A DNA stretch of 38,699 nucleotides from Octopus sinensis. Its lineage: Eukaryota. Numbering within the stretch: the stretch's first letter is position 1; each line of letters opens with the position of its first letter. Under the pieces are notes generated by a model that made no database searches, was not told the DNA's origin, and saw only the letters and a program-made list of their open reading frames with translations. This document shows positions 24,341 to 36,689 of the stretch, piece after piece. Position numbers and translations under genes: made by a program. The stretch is from positions 1 through 38,699 of the forward strand of contig NW_021835753.1 in the NCBI RefSeq assembly GCF_006345805.1, given 5' to 3'.

Positions 24341-24534
24341 TCTGTCGTTTACAAAACACAATTTCCAGAACTAGATACAGAAATGCTCGACCGAAATCTA
24401 GCATGTATAAAGTTCTACAAATTATATTTATGTGTATCTTTCAAATGTTTTCACTTTGGCGCGTCGAGATAGGAAATTAATCTGCAGTTAATAAACTACA
24501 GCAGTCAATTTAAATTTAAATTTAAATTAAATAT

Positions 24535-24814
24535 ATATATATATAAATTAGAAAAAAAACACCTTTTATCAAATTCAATAATGAAAAAATTAGATTATAC
24601 CATTTAGAAAAATTACATCTTATAGAAAGATTAAATATAAGATAAAACATATAACGATGATTAAGTGATGTGCAAAATAATAAATAAAACATATATATTT
24701 GGTAGAATAACTTTCTTAATGTTTCTATAAGATGTAATTTTTCTAAATGGTATGATTTAATTTTTTCATTATTAAATTGATAAAAGGTGTTTTTTTCTAA
24801 TTTATATATATATA
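24535..24814. repeat. AT-rich inverted repeat of about 94 bp, (TA)n-flanked
   Basis: Arms about 24535-24628 and 24722-24814. Confidence 0.8.
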
Positions 24815-25028
24815 TTATATTTTGTGAAATTTGATTTAGTATTTCTAAATTGAATTTTTCCCTGTAAGTTTGGAATAATATTCCCTCATATTATTATTAT
24901 TCAATTCTTTTCTTCCTTCATCAAATTTGTAACTTTGTGCCTCATTAAGAAATAACAATTTCTGTTGCTTTATTGTTGTTATTGTGGTTGTTGTTATTGT
25001 GGTTGTTGTTATCCTGATCCTTATGCAG

Positions 25029-25351
25029 ATCCCAACACCATTTGACGAGTGATGCTGGGGTTCAATCTCAACACAGTTTTGTTACAAAACAGAAAGCGAA
25101 AGAGAAACAGACAAATGAAGAAGAAAACGAAGAGGAAGAAGGTTCCAAATTGTGGCAACCCAAAATGGCAAAATCAACCACAGCATCAAAGATGGTCAGC
25201 ACCAGTGAACTTCTTTCAGAAAGCAGCAGTTCTATAGAATCAACAGAGGATGGTGCCACTCAAACGAGTGACCCTCACAGCTCTGGCAGAAGATCCAGAA
25301 TAACATCACAGCCTTCCTCAAAATTCCGGAGAAATTCTGATGTGGTTTTTT
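25029..25351 (+). CDS. AKNA: AKNA-like exon 7 (charged, Ser-rich)
   Basis: ttatgcAG acceptor, T|GTaagt donor; 323 nt, phase 2 to 1, inside ORF 25042-25392. Confidence 0.8.
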
Positions 25352-25425
25352 GTAAGTTGTTTTTATCATTTTTGAATCATAGATTTCTTTGATGTAGGTT
25401 TGACTTATGGCTAAACAACAGCAGT

Positions 25426-26003
25426 GGAGGCGCAATGGCCCAGTGGTTAGGGCATTGGACTCACGGTCGTAAGAACGCGGTTTCGATTCCTGCTCCGGGC
25501 ATTGTGAGTGTTTATTGAGCAAAAACACCTAAGCTCCATGAGGCTCCGGTGGGGGAGGATAGTGAACCCTGCTGTACTCTTTCACCACAACTTTCTCTCA
25601 CTCTTTCTTCCTACTTCTGCTGCAAAGCAGAGGAACCATGGTGCAACCCACTATGGTGTGGTAAACTTTAAGACCCTAGTCTAAATTGCGAATCCTCTGT
25701 ACCCCAGGATGGTTCAGCTCTCCACCCGTTAAAAGCCGCCGTTTATGGAATGAGGATAACAACGTAGCTTTCACACCCATACAACCACCAATCTATCGCG
25801 TGTGGTGGGTGGATCTTCAAGTTGCCGCACGCATTCTTGGCAGCTTAGAGGAGGCTCGAATTAGAGATTATTCTTTGTGGGCTAATGGTGTGAGTCCTGA
25901 TTGGAAGAAGAAGAAGAAGAAGAAGAAGAAGAAGAAGAAGAAGAAGAAGAAGAAGGAGAAGAAGAAGAAGAAGAAGAAGAAGAAGAAGAAGAAGAAGAAG
26001 AAG
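25426..26003 (+). mobile_element. SINE family E, full length with (AAG)n tail
   Basis: tRNA-like head, about 480-bp body, (AAG)n at about 25903-26003. Confidence 0.85.
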
Positions 26004-26007
26004 ATAT

Positions 26008-26158
26008 AACAGGCTTCTTTCAGTTTTCATATATAATATCCATTCACAAGGCTTTGATCAGCCTATGACTATAGTAGAATACGATTGCCCAAGGTGCTGT
26101 GCATTAAGACTGAACCTGAAACCAGGTACATGGGAAGCAAGCTTCTTCCCACACAACC
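26008..26158 (-). mobile_element. SINE family B 5' fragment (3' fragment at about 26716-26902)
   Basis: GCTTCTTTCAGTTT...CACAAGGCTTTG...TTGCCCAAGGTGC. Confidence 0.65.
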
Positions 26159-26968
26159 GAAGTATATATTTGTTGTTGTTTTTTTTCATCCGACTGAGTG
26201 AAAGAAACTAAATTATATAATGTATTTGAGTTCTTACGTTTTTTTATGAAGACGGGAGTAATTTCAGGGAAATTTGTCTTCTTCCCAGCTTTTAGCAAAT
26301 AGTTCAAGGTCGAATGTCTTGTTTGAGCAGAAAAATGTCCTCGTTTTTCTCAGAATGTTTTCATGGAATGTCGGTCACACCAGTGCTCAATAACAATTTC
26401 TCGTGGTACACTTGCATTCTTCTCAAAACTCGGTAGTACACTGAACTAAAAATATAACTAAAAGTCTAGGGAAAAAAAATCATATTCTGGTTACACTGCG
26501 GCACTCCCAACATCGCCTCATGGCACACCAGTGTGCCACAGCATACTGGGTTACGGTAGCACTGGTTTACACTAGTAACCAACACAATGTCCTGTTATTG
26601 CATCGACTGATGGGGTCATAATAATAGTATCATGTGACCCGGGGCTTTCTTTTTCAAATACACAAATTTTGTCTTAGCTTGATAAAGATGGTTCTTATTT
26701 TTGCTTTTCGTTTGTTTTTTTACTTGTTTTGGTTACTGGATTGTGGCCATGCTGGGGCACCACCTTCAGGGGTTTAGTCGAACAAATCAACCCAAGTACT
26801 ATTGTTCTATGTCTACTTGTTCTGTTGGTTCCTTTTGCTGAACTGCTAGGTTAAGGGAATGCAAACAAACCAACACTTACCAAGTGGGGGTGCGGTAAAA
26901 CACTATCACAAAGACTCATACATACATGTGTGTGTATGTATATACATATATATATATATATATATATT

Positions 26969-27110
26969 TAGGAAGGGCATCCAGCTGTAGAAACACTGCC
27001 AGATCAGACTGGGCCTGGTGCAGCCTTCTGGCTTCCCAGACCCCAGTTGAACCGTCCAACCCATGCCAGCATGGAAAGCGGACGTTAAATGATGATGATG
27101 ATGATGATGA
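26969..27110 (+). mobile_element. Family C retroposon 3' end
   Basis: Reverse complement of 7540-7700. Confidence 0.8.
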
Positions 27111-27307
27111 TATATATATATATATAATTGTTGTGGAGGTGATGATAGTGGTAGTGGTGGGTGTGTTGTTGCTGCTGTTGTTGCTGCTGCTGGTGTTGAT
27201 GATGGCGATGACAGTGTTGTTGTTGTCGTTGGTGGTGGTGGGGTGGGGGTGGGGGTGATGAGGATGATGACGATGATGATGCTGATGATACAATGTATTT
27301 CCTTCAG

Positions 27308-27476
27308 GCAAGAAGACCAGAAATGCCTCAAAGAAGTTCTCCATTGAAAGTGCACAGGATGGAACCAAATCTGTTGTGGGTTCACCGAAAAGATCAACCT
27401 CGATGTCCCGCTCGACGACTCAAGATACTGAAAAGAAAGATCCCATTCCAACATTCATTAAAACATCTCCTAATCG
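27308..27476 (+). CDS. AKNA: AKNA-like exon 8 (CKKTRNASKKF...KTSPNR)
   Basis: tttccttcAG acceptor, CG|GTaagt donor; 169 nt, open when entered in phase 1, exits in phase 2. Confidence 0.8.
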
Positions 27477-27583
27477 GTAAGTTTCTTTAAAAACTGGCAT
27501 CCATTCAGAATATTCAATAAATGGTTCTTGAAAGATTGTAAATTTGTTGGGTCAATTTAATAAAGGACTGGTTTATAAATATA

Positions 27584-27720
27584 TATTTCTTTACTGCCCA
27601 CAAGGGGCTAAACACAGAGGGGACAAACAAAGACAGACAGTAGGATTAAGTCGATTACATCGACCCCAGTGTGTAACTGGTACTTAATTTATCGACCCCG
27701 AAAGGATGAAAGGCAAAATC
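27584..27720 (-). mobile_element. SINE family A 3' half
   Basis: TTTCTTTACTGCCCACAAGGGGCT...GAAAGGATGAAAGGCAAA. Confidence 0.8.
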
Positions 27721-28107
27721 AAGCTATTGTAGAGGATAAATTTCTGGCCCTGTGCCAAAATATGAAACCATTATCATTATTATTATTGAGTGAGAAAGCA
27801 GTGCATGCCATCTAAGTGACAATGGGTACAAATATATGAAGCCCTGTATACCCATCATGACTACCCATCTGATAAGGGTACACCAGGCACATGCATCACA
27901 AACATATGTGCGTGACATGGTGATTTCATATCAAGATAAACAGCACATGACCTTGCAGGTGGGCTCAGTTAGAATTTTCTTCAGGTTGGGTAGCCCATCC
28001 TGCTCAAAAGGTCCCTGAATAAGGTTTGATTAAGGATGATGAACGAAACACCCATGTTTCCAGAGGTGAATTATTCAAACCCCAAAGAATTCCTCTCAAC
28101 ACATGGC

Positions 28108-28147
<40 letters not shown>

Positions 28148-28184
28148 TGCTGTCTTAATATTTTTATTAATTCTTATCATTCAG

Positions 28185-29136
28185 GAAAAAGCTTCAGGCT
28201 TTGCAACAAGAAATAGAATTCCTGAAAGAAACATTTAATCGCAGAATCAGCCAGCGTAATCCAAAATTCGAGAAAGCTGAGATAAATGACTCCAGTGCAG
28301 AAAATTGGCAGCCATTAATAACACAACATCAATTTTCTTCGACAACATCTGCTGATAATCCCCAAAATCCATACATTCCAACACAGATAAACAAATCTGC
28401 CAAATATCCTCCCAGACATCCAGTCTTCAACAGCAATGCTTCCTCGAATCCCCAAACTACGACATTCTTCACAGATGCTCCAACATTAAATTTAGCCAAA
28501 TACGATATTGAGAGGAACTCACAGATGTCTAGAAGCCCAGATCATTGTGGCACCACTGGTGTTTATCAAATTAAACCCCAGCAACCCAAAAGTATGATCA
28601 GGACAATGATGACTCCAGCCCCTAATTTGGTAAACACCCCTTATTACACACCAAATGGAGTTTATCATGGTATATATAAAGAACATCAACCTTCTCCAAG
28701 AGTTCAAGCAATATCATGCAATAAATCTTCACAATTCCAGCAAAGAATAGACCATTACAATGATGGAACACAGCCCCTAACGAATCACAGAAGCTCCTCA
28801 AGGGTTCCAGCTCCTATGATGGACAGCTTTAAAGAAAATATACAATATGGTCCTGGTCGCCTGGAACCAGCAAGTTAAAACTAAATACAGTGCTGCACAG
28901 AGGTCTGGTAGTGAAATGAGTAACTTTATTACCAAACCATATTCTGGTTCCACTGTAGAAGACAAATATGGCTACGGTACTGCACCCCTCATGCAAAGTA
29001 ACAGAAACAATGCATTTTATGCATCACAAGATGAACCAGATAATATGGGTACCATGTATTCTTTGGATGAGTGTTGTTGTAAAGTTACCAAATGCATCCA
29101 CCATGGTCATGTGTGTTCGGCAGCACCAATATATCG
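28185..29136 (+). CDS. AKNA: AKNA-like exon 9 (coiled coil RKKLQALQQEIEFLKE, Pro/Gln-rich linker, Cys/His cluster); apparent +1 frameshift at 28820-28878
   Basis: cattcAG acceptor (phase 2 matches exon 8), CG|GTaagt donor at 29137; overlapping ORFs 28201-28878 and 28847-29140. Confidence 0.7.
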
Positions 29137-29289
29137 GTAAGTCTTGCCACTTGTCTTGTTGTTATAATCAGACTCAACAGTAGGGTACAGCTTGATTGTT
29201 TTGCTTCTGTATATATGATAAATTACTCTATCTCTCTCTCTCTCTCTCTCTTGCTCTGTCTTTAAATTTTGTGTATGTAGTAATGAGCC

Positions 29290-29415
29290 ACTAATAGATT
29301 CATGCAACGAAAATAACTCAGACAGTATTTTATAACATGTCTGGTACATTCATGCAATGTGCCAGACGTGTTATAAAATGCTGTCTGAGTTGTTTTATTG
29401 CATGAGACTATTAGT
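29290..29415. repeat. About 126-bp imperfect palindrome
   Basis: ACTAATAG...AACTCAGACAGTATTTTATAACATGTCTGG and CCAGACGTGTTATAAAATGCTGTCTGAGTT...CTATTAGT. Confidence 0.8.
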
Positions 29416-29434
29416 AGTTCATAAAAATATATAC

Positions 29435-29436
<2 letters not shown>

Positions 29437-29468
<32 letters not shown>

Positions 29469-29818
29469 TTAACGTCTGCTTTCCATGCTAGCCTGTGTTG
29501 GACGATTTGACTGAGGACTGGTGAGCTAGATGGCTGCACCAGGCTCCAATCCGATCTGGCAGAATTTCTACAGCTGGATGCCCTTCCTAATGCCAACCAC
29601 TCCGAGAGTGTAGTGGGTGCTTTTACATGCCACTGGTACGAGGGCCAGTCAGGCGGTACTGGCAACACCCATGCTCAAACAGTGTTTTTTACATGTCACC
29701 TGCACAGGAGTCAGTCCAGCACTGGCAACGACCTCACTCAAATGTTTTTCATGTGCCACCAGCACAAGTGCCAGTAAGGCGACACTGGTGACGATCACGC
29801 TTAATGGCCATGACTTTG
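29437..29818 (-). mobile_element. Family C retroposon
   Basis: (CAT)n plus the shared body and subrepeats. Confidence 0.8.
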
Positions 29819-29974
29819 TAGTCTCCATTGCAGCCATCCATGTTACATCTTATGGCTATTACAGGGGAACAGAGGCTATGATGTCAGCCTTTCGACACCC
29901 AACTTCAATATTCATGATACAGTTAACTCTTTTTCCCAATATTCAGAAGGCATGTCAGTCAGCTAACATTTTCT

Positions 29975-30300
29975 CAACTTAATTTAATTTAATTTTTTTA
30001 ATTTAATTTAATTTTTTCGGCTCAAAAAGCAAAAGCAAGGCCATGTAGGGGGACATGGAGTTATGTACAGGGAGGGTGTTCATGCAAAGAGTTCAGGCCA
30101 TGTCTGGTCAAGAGAGACTTTGAACCGAGCGCTCGTCAGCATCTTCACTATCTCGTCCGGCAGCTTATTCCATGGATCCGCAACTCGGACGGAGAAAGCC
30201 CCTAATCCTTATGCTCTCTAATGACACCGTCTTCACCAATGCAACAAGCTGTGCCTGGAAATAGGAGTCGTAGCATTCATCAAATTTAGACTGAACGCAC
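29975..30300 (-). mobile_element. CR1/L2-clade LINE 3' end
   Basis: Minus strand peptide GAFSVRVADPWNKLPDEIVKMLTSARFKVSLDQTWPELFA* matches the CR1 ORF2 C-terminal FSxRVxxxWNxLP...FKxxLD; (AAATT)n tail. Confidence 0.8.
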
Positions 30301-30544
30301 TGCATTTGTGTGTCTGTGTATGTGTGTGTGTGTGTGTGTGTGCACATGCACATGTGTCTGGGTATGTGTATGTGTACCCAAACATATGTTGACACAGTTT
30401 TATAGTTGAGCAGAGTTCTGAAAATACTTGCAAGATTTTTCACACACACACATACACATGCACACATGCACACACCACACACACACATGCACACACACAC
30501 ACACACACACACACGTAATCATATTATGATGTATTGTTTTCCAG

Positions 30545-30605
30545 GAAAGCCGACACAAATTCGCAGATATTATGGGGAGGAGCTACAGATCCCAGGAATT
30601 GTGAG
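30545..30605 (+). CDS. AKNA: Probable AKNA-like exon 10 (RKADTNSQILWGGATDPRNCE)
   Basis: ttttccAG acceptor, GAG|GTaagg donor; 61 nt, open in phase 2. A second frame is also open, so the frame is not certain. Confidence 0.6.
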
Positions 30606-30985
30606 GTAAGGAACAGTTTTATCTACTTGTACAGATATAAAGAATATAATATATATCTATGGGAAAAGATATATACACACTATGCAGCAACAAAATGTAT
30701 GTATGTAGTGTGGGTGTGTGTGAGAGAGAGAGACACGCACATATATAAATATAGATAATATGATATCAAAGGATAAAATTGTTAAAAACGTTATCAGTGG
30801 CCAGCACATAAAAAGATAGACCTATTAAGGTGAAATCATAAATATAATTATAATTAAATATCATGATATTTAATGTGGCTTGATGATTTAGCATCTGCTT
30901 TCAGTATATATTGGCAAGAAATTTTTCTATGCCTTTCTTTATAATTTTGTGTGTGTGTATATATATATACATTATATATATATAT

Positions 30986-31048
<63 letters not shown>

Positions 31049-31069
31049 CACACACAGCGAGGAGGAAGA

Positions 31070-31237
31070 GGAGTAGCTGTGTGATAAGTAGCTTGCTTAC
31101 CAACCACATGGTGGTTCCGGGTTCAGTCCCACTGCGTGGCACCTTGGGCAAGTGTCTTCTACTATAGCCTCGGGCCGACCAAAGCCTTGTGAGTGAATTT
31201 GGTAGACGGAAACTGAAAGAAGCCCGTCGTATATATG

Positions 31238-31278
<41 letters not shown>

Positions 31279-31505
31279 ATGTGTGTGTGTGTGCGTGTGT
31301 GTGTGTATGTTTGTATGTCTGTGTTTGTTCCCCCACCATCGCTTGACAACCGATGTTGGGGTGTCCACATCGACATAACTTAGCAGCTTGGCAAAAGAGA
31401 CCGATAGAATAAGTAGTAGGCATGCAAAGAATAAGTCCTTGGGTCGATTTGTTCGACTAAAGGCAGTGCTCCAGCATGGCCACAGTCAAATGACTGAAAC
31501 AATCA
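31070..31505 (+). mobile_element. SINE family B
   Basis: Matches 15010-15398. Confidence 0.85.
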
Positions 31506-31742
31506 GAAGAACACACACACATTAGAAAACATGTGTGACCGTATGTCTTGCCTTTTCCTTCTTTCTTTCTATTATCCATTTTCCCATTCAATAATGAACA
31601 ACTTATGGCCATTTGTTGCTAGGCAGCTACAATACCTCGTTTTAGTTGCTGTTCAAGTCGGAGTTCTCGTGGTAAACAAACCTGGGTGCTTTTGGTACAT
31701 AACCATTACATTATGTCATTGGCACAATTTGATGTGTAGTTC

Positions 31743-31745
<3 letters not shown>

Positions 31746-31816
<71 letters not shown>

Positions 31817-31917
31817 TAATATACCCAATATATATATACTATATATATATATATATATACATAATATATATATATACATATAATATATATAGTACATATA
31901 TATATATATATAATACT

Positions 31918-31973
<56 letters not shown>

Positions 31974-32147
31974 TATATATATACATATATATAGATTATA
32001 CATATATATATATATACATATATATAGATATATATATACATATATATAGATATATATATACATAGATATATATATATATATATATATTATGTCTATATAT
32101 ATATTATATATATATGTATATATATATATATATATAATTATATTATG

Positions 32148-32182
<35 letters not shown>

Positions 32183-32205
32183 GTATATATATATATGTAG
32201 ATAGA

Positions 32206-32256
<51 letters not shown>

Positions 32257-32306
32257 TATATATATATATATATATAGTAGTATAATATATATATGTATAT
32301 AATATA

Positions 32307-32349
<43 letters not shown>

Positions 32350-32387
32350 TATATATATATTGTATATATTATATTGTATATAGATAT

Positions 32388-32466
<79 letters not shown>

Positions 32467-32490
32467 TATGATATATATATATATACGATG

Positions 32491-32566
<76 letters not shown>

Positions 32567-32622
32567 ATATGTATATATATATATAATATATATATGTATA
32601 TATTATATATATATATATAGTA

Positions 32623-32655
<33 letters not shown>

Positions 32656-32658
32656 TAT
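31746..32658. repeat. About 0.9-kb interrupted (TA)n microsatellite
   Basis: Direct reading. Confidence 0.95.
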
Positions 32659-33198
32659 AGGCGCAGGAGTGGCTGTGTGGTAAGTAGCTGCTAACCAACC
32701 AAATGGTTCTGGGTTCAGTCCCACTGCGTGGCATCTTGGGCAAGTGTCTTCTGCAATAGCCCTGGGCCGACCAATGCCTTGTGAGTGGATTTGGTAGACG
32801 GAAACTGAAAGAAGCCTGTCGTATATATGTATATATATATATATGTATGTGTATATGCTTGTGTGTCTGTGTTTGTCCCCACAACATTGCTTGACAACTG
32901 ATTATGGTGTGTTTACATCCTCTTCACTTAGCAGTTTAGCAAAAGAGACCGATAGGATAAGTACTAGGCTTACAATGAATAAGTCCTGGGATCTGTGTGT
33001 CTGTGTTTGTCCCCCTAGCATTGCTTGACAACCGATGCTGGTGTGTTTATGTCCCCGTTACTTAGCGGTTCGGCAAAAGAGACCGATAGAATAAGTACTG
33101 GACTTACAAAGAATAAGTCCCGGGGTCGATTTGCTCGACTAAAGGTGGTGCTCCAGCATGGCCGCAGTCAAATGACTGAAACAAGTAAAAAAGAGTAA
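32659..33198 (+). mobile_element. SINE family B with internal partial duplication
   Basis: TGTGTCTGTGTTTGTCCCC...AATAAGTCC segment occurs twice. Confidence 0.85.
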
Positions 33199-33498
33199 TA
33201 TCATCATCAACATCATCATCATCATCATCGTCGTTTAACGTCCACTTTCTATGCTAGCATGGGTTGGACGATTTGACTGAGGTCTGGCAAACCAGACTCC
33301 AATCTTGATCTGGCAGAGGTTTTACAGCTGGATGTCCTTCCTAACGCCAGCCACTCCAAGAGTGTAGTGGGTGCTTTTATGTGCCACCAGCACGAGGGCC
33401 AGTTAGGTGATACTGGCAATGGCCATGCTCAAATGGTGCTTTTTATGTGCCACCTGCACAGGAGCCAGTCCAGTGGCACTGGCAACGACCTTGCTCAA
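33199..33498 (-). mobile_element. Family C retroposon
   Basis: (CAT)n plus the shared body. Confidence 0.8.
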
Positions 33499-33750
33499 AT
33501 ATATATATATATGTATGTATATATGTATAGCACAATTATAGGTTATAAATCTCATTCAGGGATGGCAAAATCCTATGAAAGAACTAGTTAATTACCTATA
33601 AAAAGAATATTGAACATTATATTTAATACTCAACTGCAATGTAACTATATAAACCGTGGTTTATATATATTTATTTATTATAATAATAAGATGAGAAAAT
33701 AGAGAGGTAATTCATAAATTATTAGAAATTAATTATTAAATTGACAAACA

Positions 33751-33835
33751 TCCCTTACAGCTGTTTCAATTCAGACCCTCAGAAAAATAATTAATTAAAT
33801 TTAAATTATTTGAAAGTCGAATCTCTTCAGAGGTA
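33751..33835 (-). ncRNA. Type I hammerhead ribozyme, canonical core, long stem II
   Basis: Minus strand reads UACCU-CUGAAGA-GAUUCGACUUUCA...UGAGGGUCUGAAUU-GAAA-CAGCUG-UA/AGGGA. Stem II about 13 bp, palindromic stem III ACAGCUGU, GUA triplet, stem I 4 of 5 bp. Confidence 0.85.
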
Positions 33836-34214
33836 GATAAAGATATACGAAATATGTGTTCACTATCCACATGTTGAGTAAATGGCTGCAAATACTCTCT
33901 CCCTCTCTCTCTCTCTCTCTGATAAGATCTATACATAAAGAACACAATATACTATGTTCTTTATGTATAAATTTTATCAGTTAATGGTTTGCAGCTGTTT
34001 ACTCAACATTTATACATAAAAAACATTGTATAATATCTTCTTAATGTATAAATTTTATCAGTTAACAGGTGCAAAGTGAAACATTTGTAGGCAATTTTAA
34101 TCATTTAATAAATTAATTTATATCTATTGAATCCCTCCATTTTCAAACTTATGAATAATATTTGGTGTTTTATAGTATACTTATTAAAGAAACATCTCTC
34201 CAAAATATAATATA

Positions 34215-35063
34215 CTAGCAGAATTGCCCGGCGTTGCTCGGGGCTGAATTGCTTGAAAGTACTGTTAATGATTGCACTGAATTATGATGATTATTCAGGC
34301 AAATATTGATATAAGCTTACGGTGGGAGATAAGGACTTAACGATCAAACGTGTGCCATTGCATTGTTTTGGGGGAACCAAATTTCTGATGAGCATTATAG
34401 GGGCACCAACTTTAAGTTTGAGAATGTGTGGTGGTGGTAGTCCGGGGTGCTCAAAGGAATTGAGTACCTCTATTGGATAGTTGATGACGTCCTCTGGGTC
34501 AGGAGTTGTATCGATAGACTGATATACATAGACTTCCCCAGGAATGAGTTTTAGCATTTCATCATTAATATGGTGAACAGTTTTATTCGTCGGGGCCAGT
34601 ATAGCCTTTTTGCCAATCCAATCCATATTCTGATAATTAGCTTGTAGATCTGAGAACACTGCATCTCTGAGATCAGAAGGCGTCTTAACAATGGTACAAA
34701 TGGAATCGATGGCAATATTACCATTTTCATCCCCTGGTATTTTGCCTTCGCCAAGTGCAAGGAGGGTGTGAGGAAATGCTGCTGATGTGATATTACGTCG
34801 CATATGAGCACGCATATTGGTGTGAAGTTTGAGAGTTACTTCCGTTTATTTAAAAAAAATATGCATTAAAATGGAAAAAAATGATGGTAAATTATTTGTA
34901 AAATCATAGACTCACCGTAGACGTGCGCTAATACCCAGAAGGGCTCGATATGAATCACGACTATAAGATACCCGGTTTTGGTTAAACTGCATCGCAAAAT
35001 GTGGGAGTAGTTAGGAATCTAAATCGGAGTAGACAGACACACAACCTTTCTTTTATATATAAA
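34215..35063 (-). mobile_element. Non-autonomous Helitron carrying a Pif1 helicase fragment
   Basis: 3' CTAG at 34215-34218 with GC hairpin 34227-34242; 5' T(C>T)TATATATAAAAG; A|T target site; ORF 34291-34815 with AILAPTN, YPIEVLNS, GLPP-HILKLKVGAPIMLIRNL and CNGTRLIV. Confidence 0.9.
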
Positions 35064-35735
35064 TATTTTCGTCCTAAAAAACTTTGTATGGATTGAATGG
35101 TTACCTCTATGGAAATATACACGCACATTATACATACATGTGTGTAAGATGAATATATAAATACATTTAAATATCTATATACACTTTTGGGCGATCTTTC
35201 TGTTTCTTAGAGATAACTTTAGATCTTATTTCGTGCTAAAAAATTTGTATGGAGTGAATGGTTACCTCTATGGAAATATATACACACACGTTATACATAC
35301 ATGTGTGCATAGATGAATATATAAATACATTTATATATATTATATACACTTTGGGCGATCTCTGTGCTACTTAGAGATAACTTTAGATCTTATTTTCGTC
35401 CTAAAAAACTTTAGCGGAGTGAATGGTTACGTGTATGGAAATATATACACACACAATACATACATCTGTGTATAGATGAATATATAAATACATTTAAATA
35501 TCTATATACACTTTGGGGCGATCTTTCTGCTACTTGTATATGCTTTAGATCTTATATTCGTCCTAAAAAACTTTGTATGGAGTGAAACGTTACCTCTATG
35601 GAAATATATACACACACATTATACATACATCTGTGTATAGTTGAATATATAAATACATTTAAATATCTATATACACTTTTGGGCGATCTTTCTGCTACTT
35701 GGATATAGGTCTTATATTCGTCCTAAAAAACTTTC
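35064..35735. repeat. About 163-bp minisatellite, about 4.1 units
   Basis: Units start near 35064, 35227, 35391, 35553 and 35713 with TATT(T)TCGTCCTAAAAAACTTT. Confidence 0.9.
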
Positions 35736-35751
35736 CTGTCACACACTCACG

Positions 35752-35783
<32 letters not shown>

Positions 35784-36031
35784 CACACTCACACACACAC
35801 ACGTTAGCTTACAATTTTATTTATATATTTGCGTGTCTATGTGTGTAAAGAGGAAGTGGCAGACTGAAAGAGTCACTCACTACAAAAAGTGAATTACTTT
35901 CATTTTATTCGTTGCACACTGTCTGTGTGCATGTGCGTGTGTGTAGGCCACACTAAGAGAAGCATTTGACTCATACACCACAATGTGAGTTTTCTCTAAA
36001 TTTTGCTTAATTGGGGTTGAAATTTTAAAAA

Positions 36032-36163
36032 CTGGACCTGGCATGACCCGATGCATTCTACTCTTAAAAATGCTAGGTAAATTGTAATTGAAGAAATCCT
36101 ATATTGTAGATTTCTATAACTGACAAAGGGAGGCAGATAAAATCTGCCTTTTATAATAAGAGA
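36032..36163 (-). mobile_element. Short Helitron-type element A
   Basis: 5' TCTCTTATTATAAAAG; inverted repeat AGGCAGAT-AAA-ATCTGCCT at 36131-36149; degenerate 3' end. Confidence 0.5.
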
Positions 36164-36534
36164 CTAGCACTATGACCCAGCAATGCTGGGTCAAAGTGCT
36201 AGTGCATGCATATACAGCTGCGTGCATGTGCACATACACGTGAGTACTGTCCAAATCTCCAACCAATCACATACAGCTAGCTGGCATTCAATTAGCGTAT
36301 CAAGTTTCGGGCATTTTGATTGGGTTTTGGATAGAAAATTCACAAAAAAGTCACTTTTATTGATTTTTTTAATGGCTTTGCAGGGCGACTGGGGAAATGT
36401 AAAGATGTGCACGACCATCTTTGGACGGTTTTGAATGACCATAGAAAGTGTGATCCTTCTAACTGAAAAATTGTGGATTTGTATAAAGGATACACCACAG
36501 ACAGACAGACATTTGCCGTTTATATATAGAGAGA
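36164..36534 (-). mobile_element. Non-autonomous Helitron B
   Basis: 5' A|TCTCTCTATATATAAACGGCAAATGTCTGTCTG; 3' hairpin TGACCCAGC-aat-GCTGGGTCA followed by CTAG. Confidence 0.75.
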
Positions 36535-36612
36535 TTAAACCAGGGTATGTTGGATAAAAACTATCCCAATAAGGGGTTTAAGTATCTCCATGGTGAATAT
36601 ATGATATATATA

Positions 36613-36689
<77 letters not shown>

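Noticed and set aside
25426-25500. tRNA-like sequences (also 3880-3955, 19719-19790, 38002-38070)
   Set aside because: SINE heads with A and B boxes continuing into repeat bodies; no complete cloverleaf acceptor stem, so not called tRNA genes.
35064-35735. CRISPR-like or other prokaryotic array
   Set aside because: Units are contiguous without unique spacers and the context is a eukaryotic intron.
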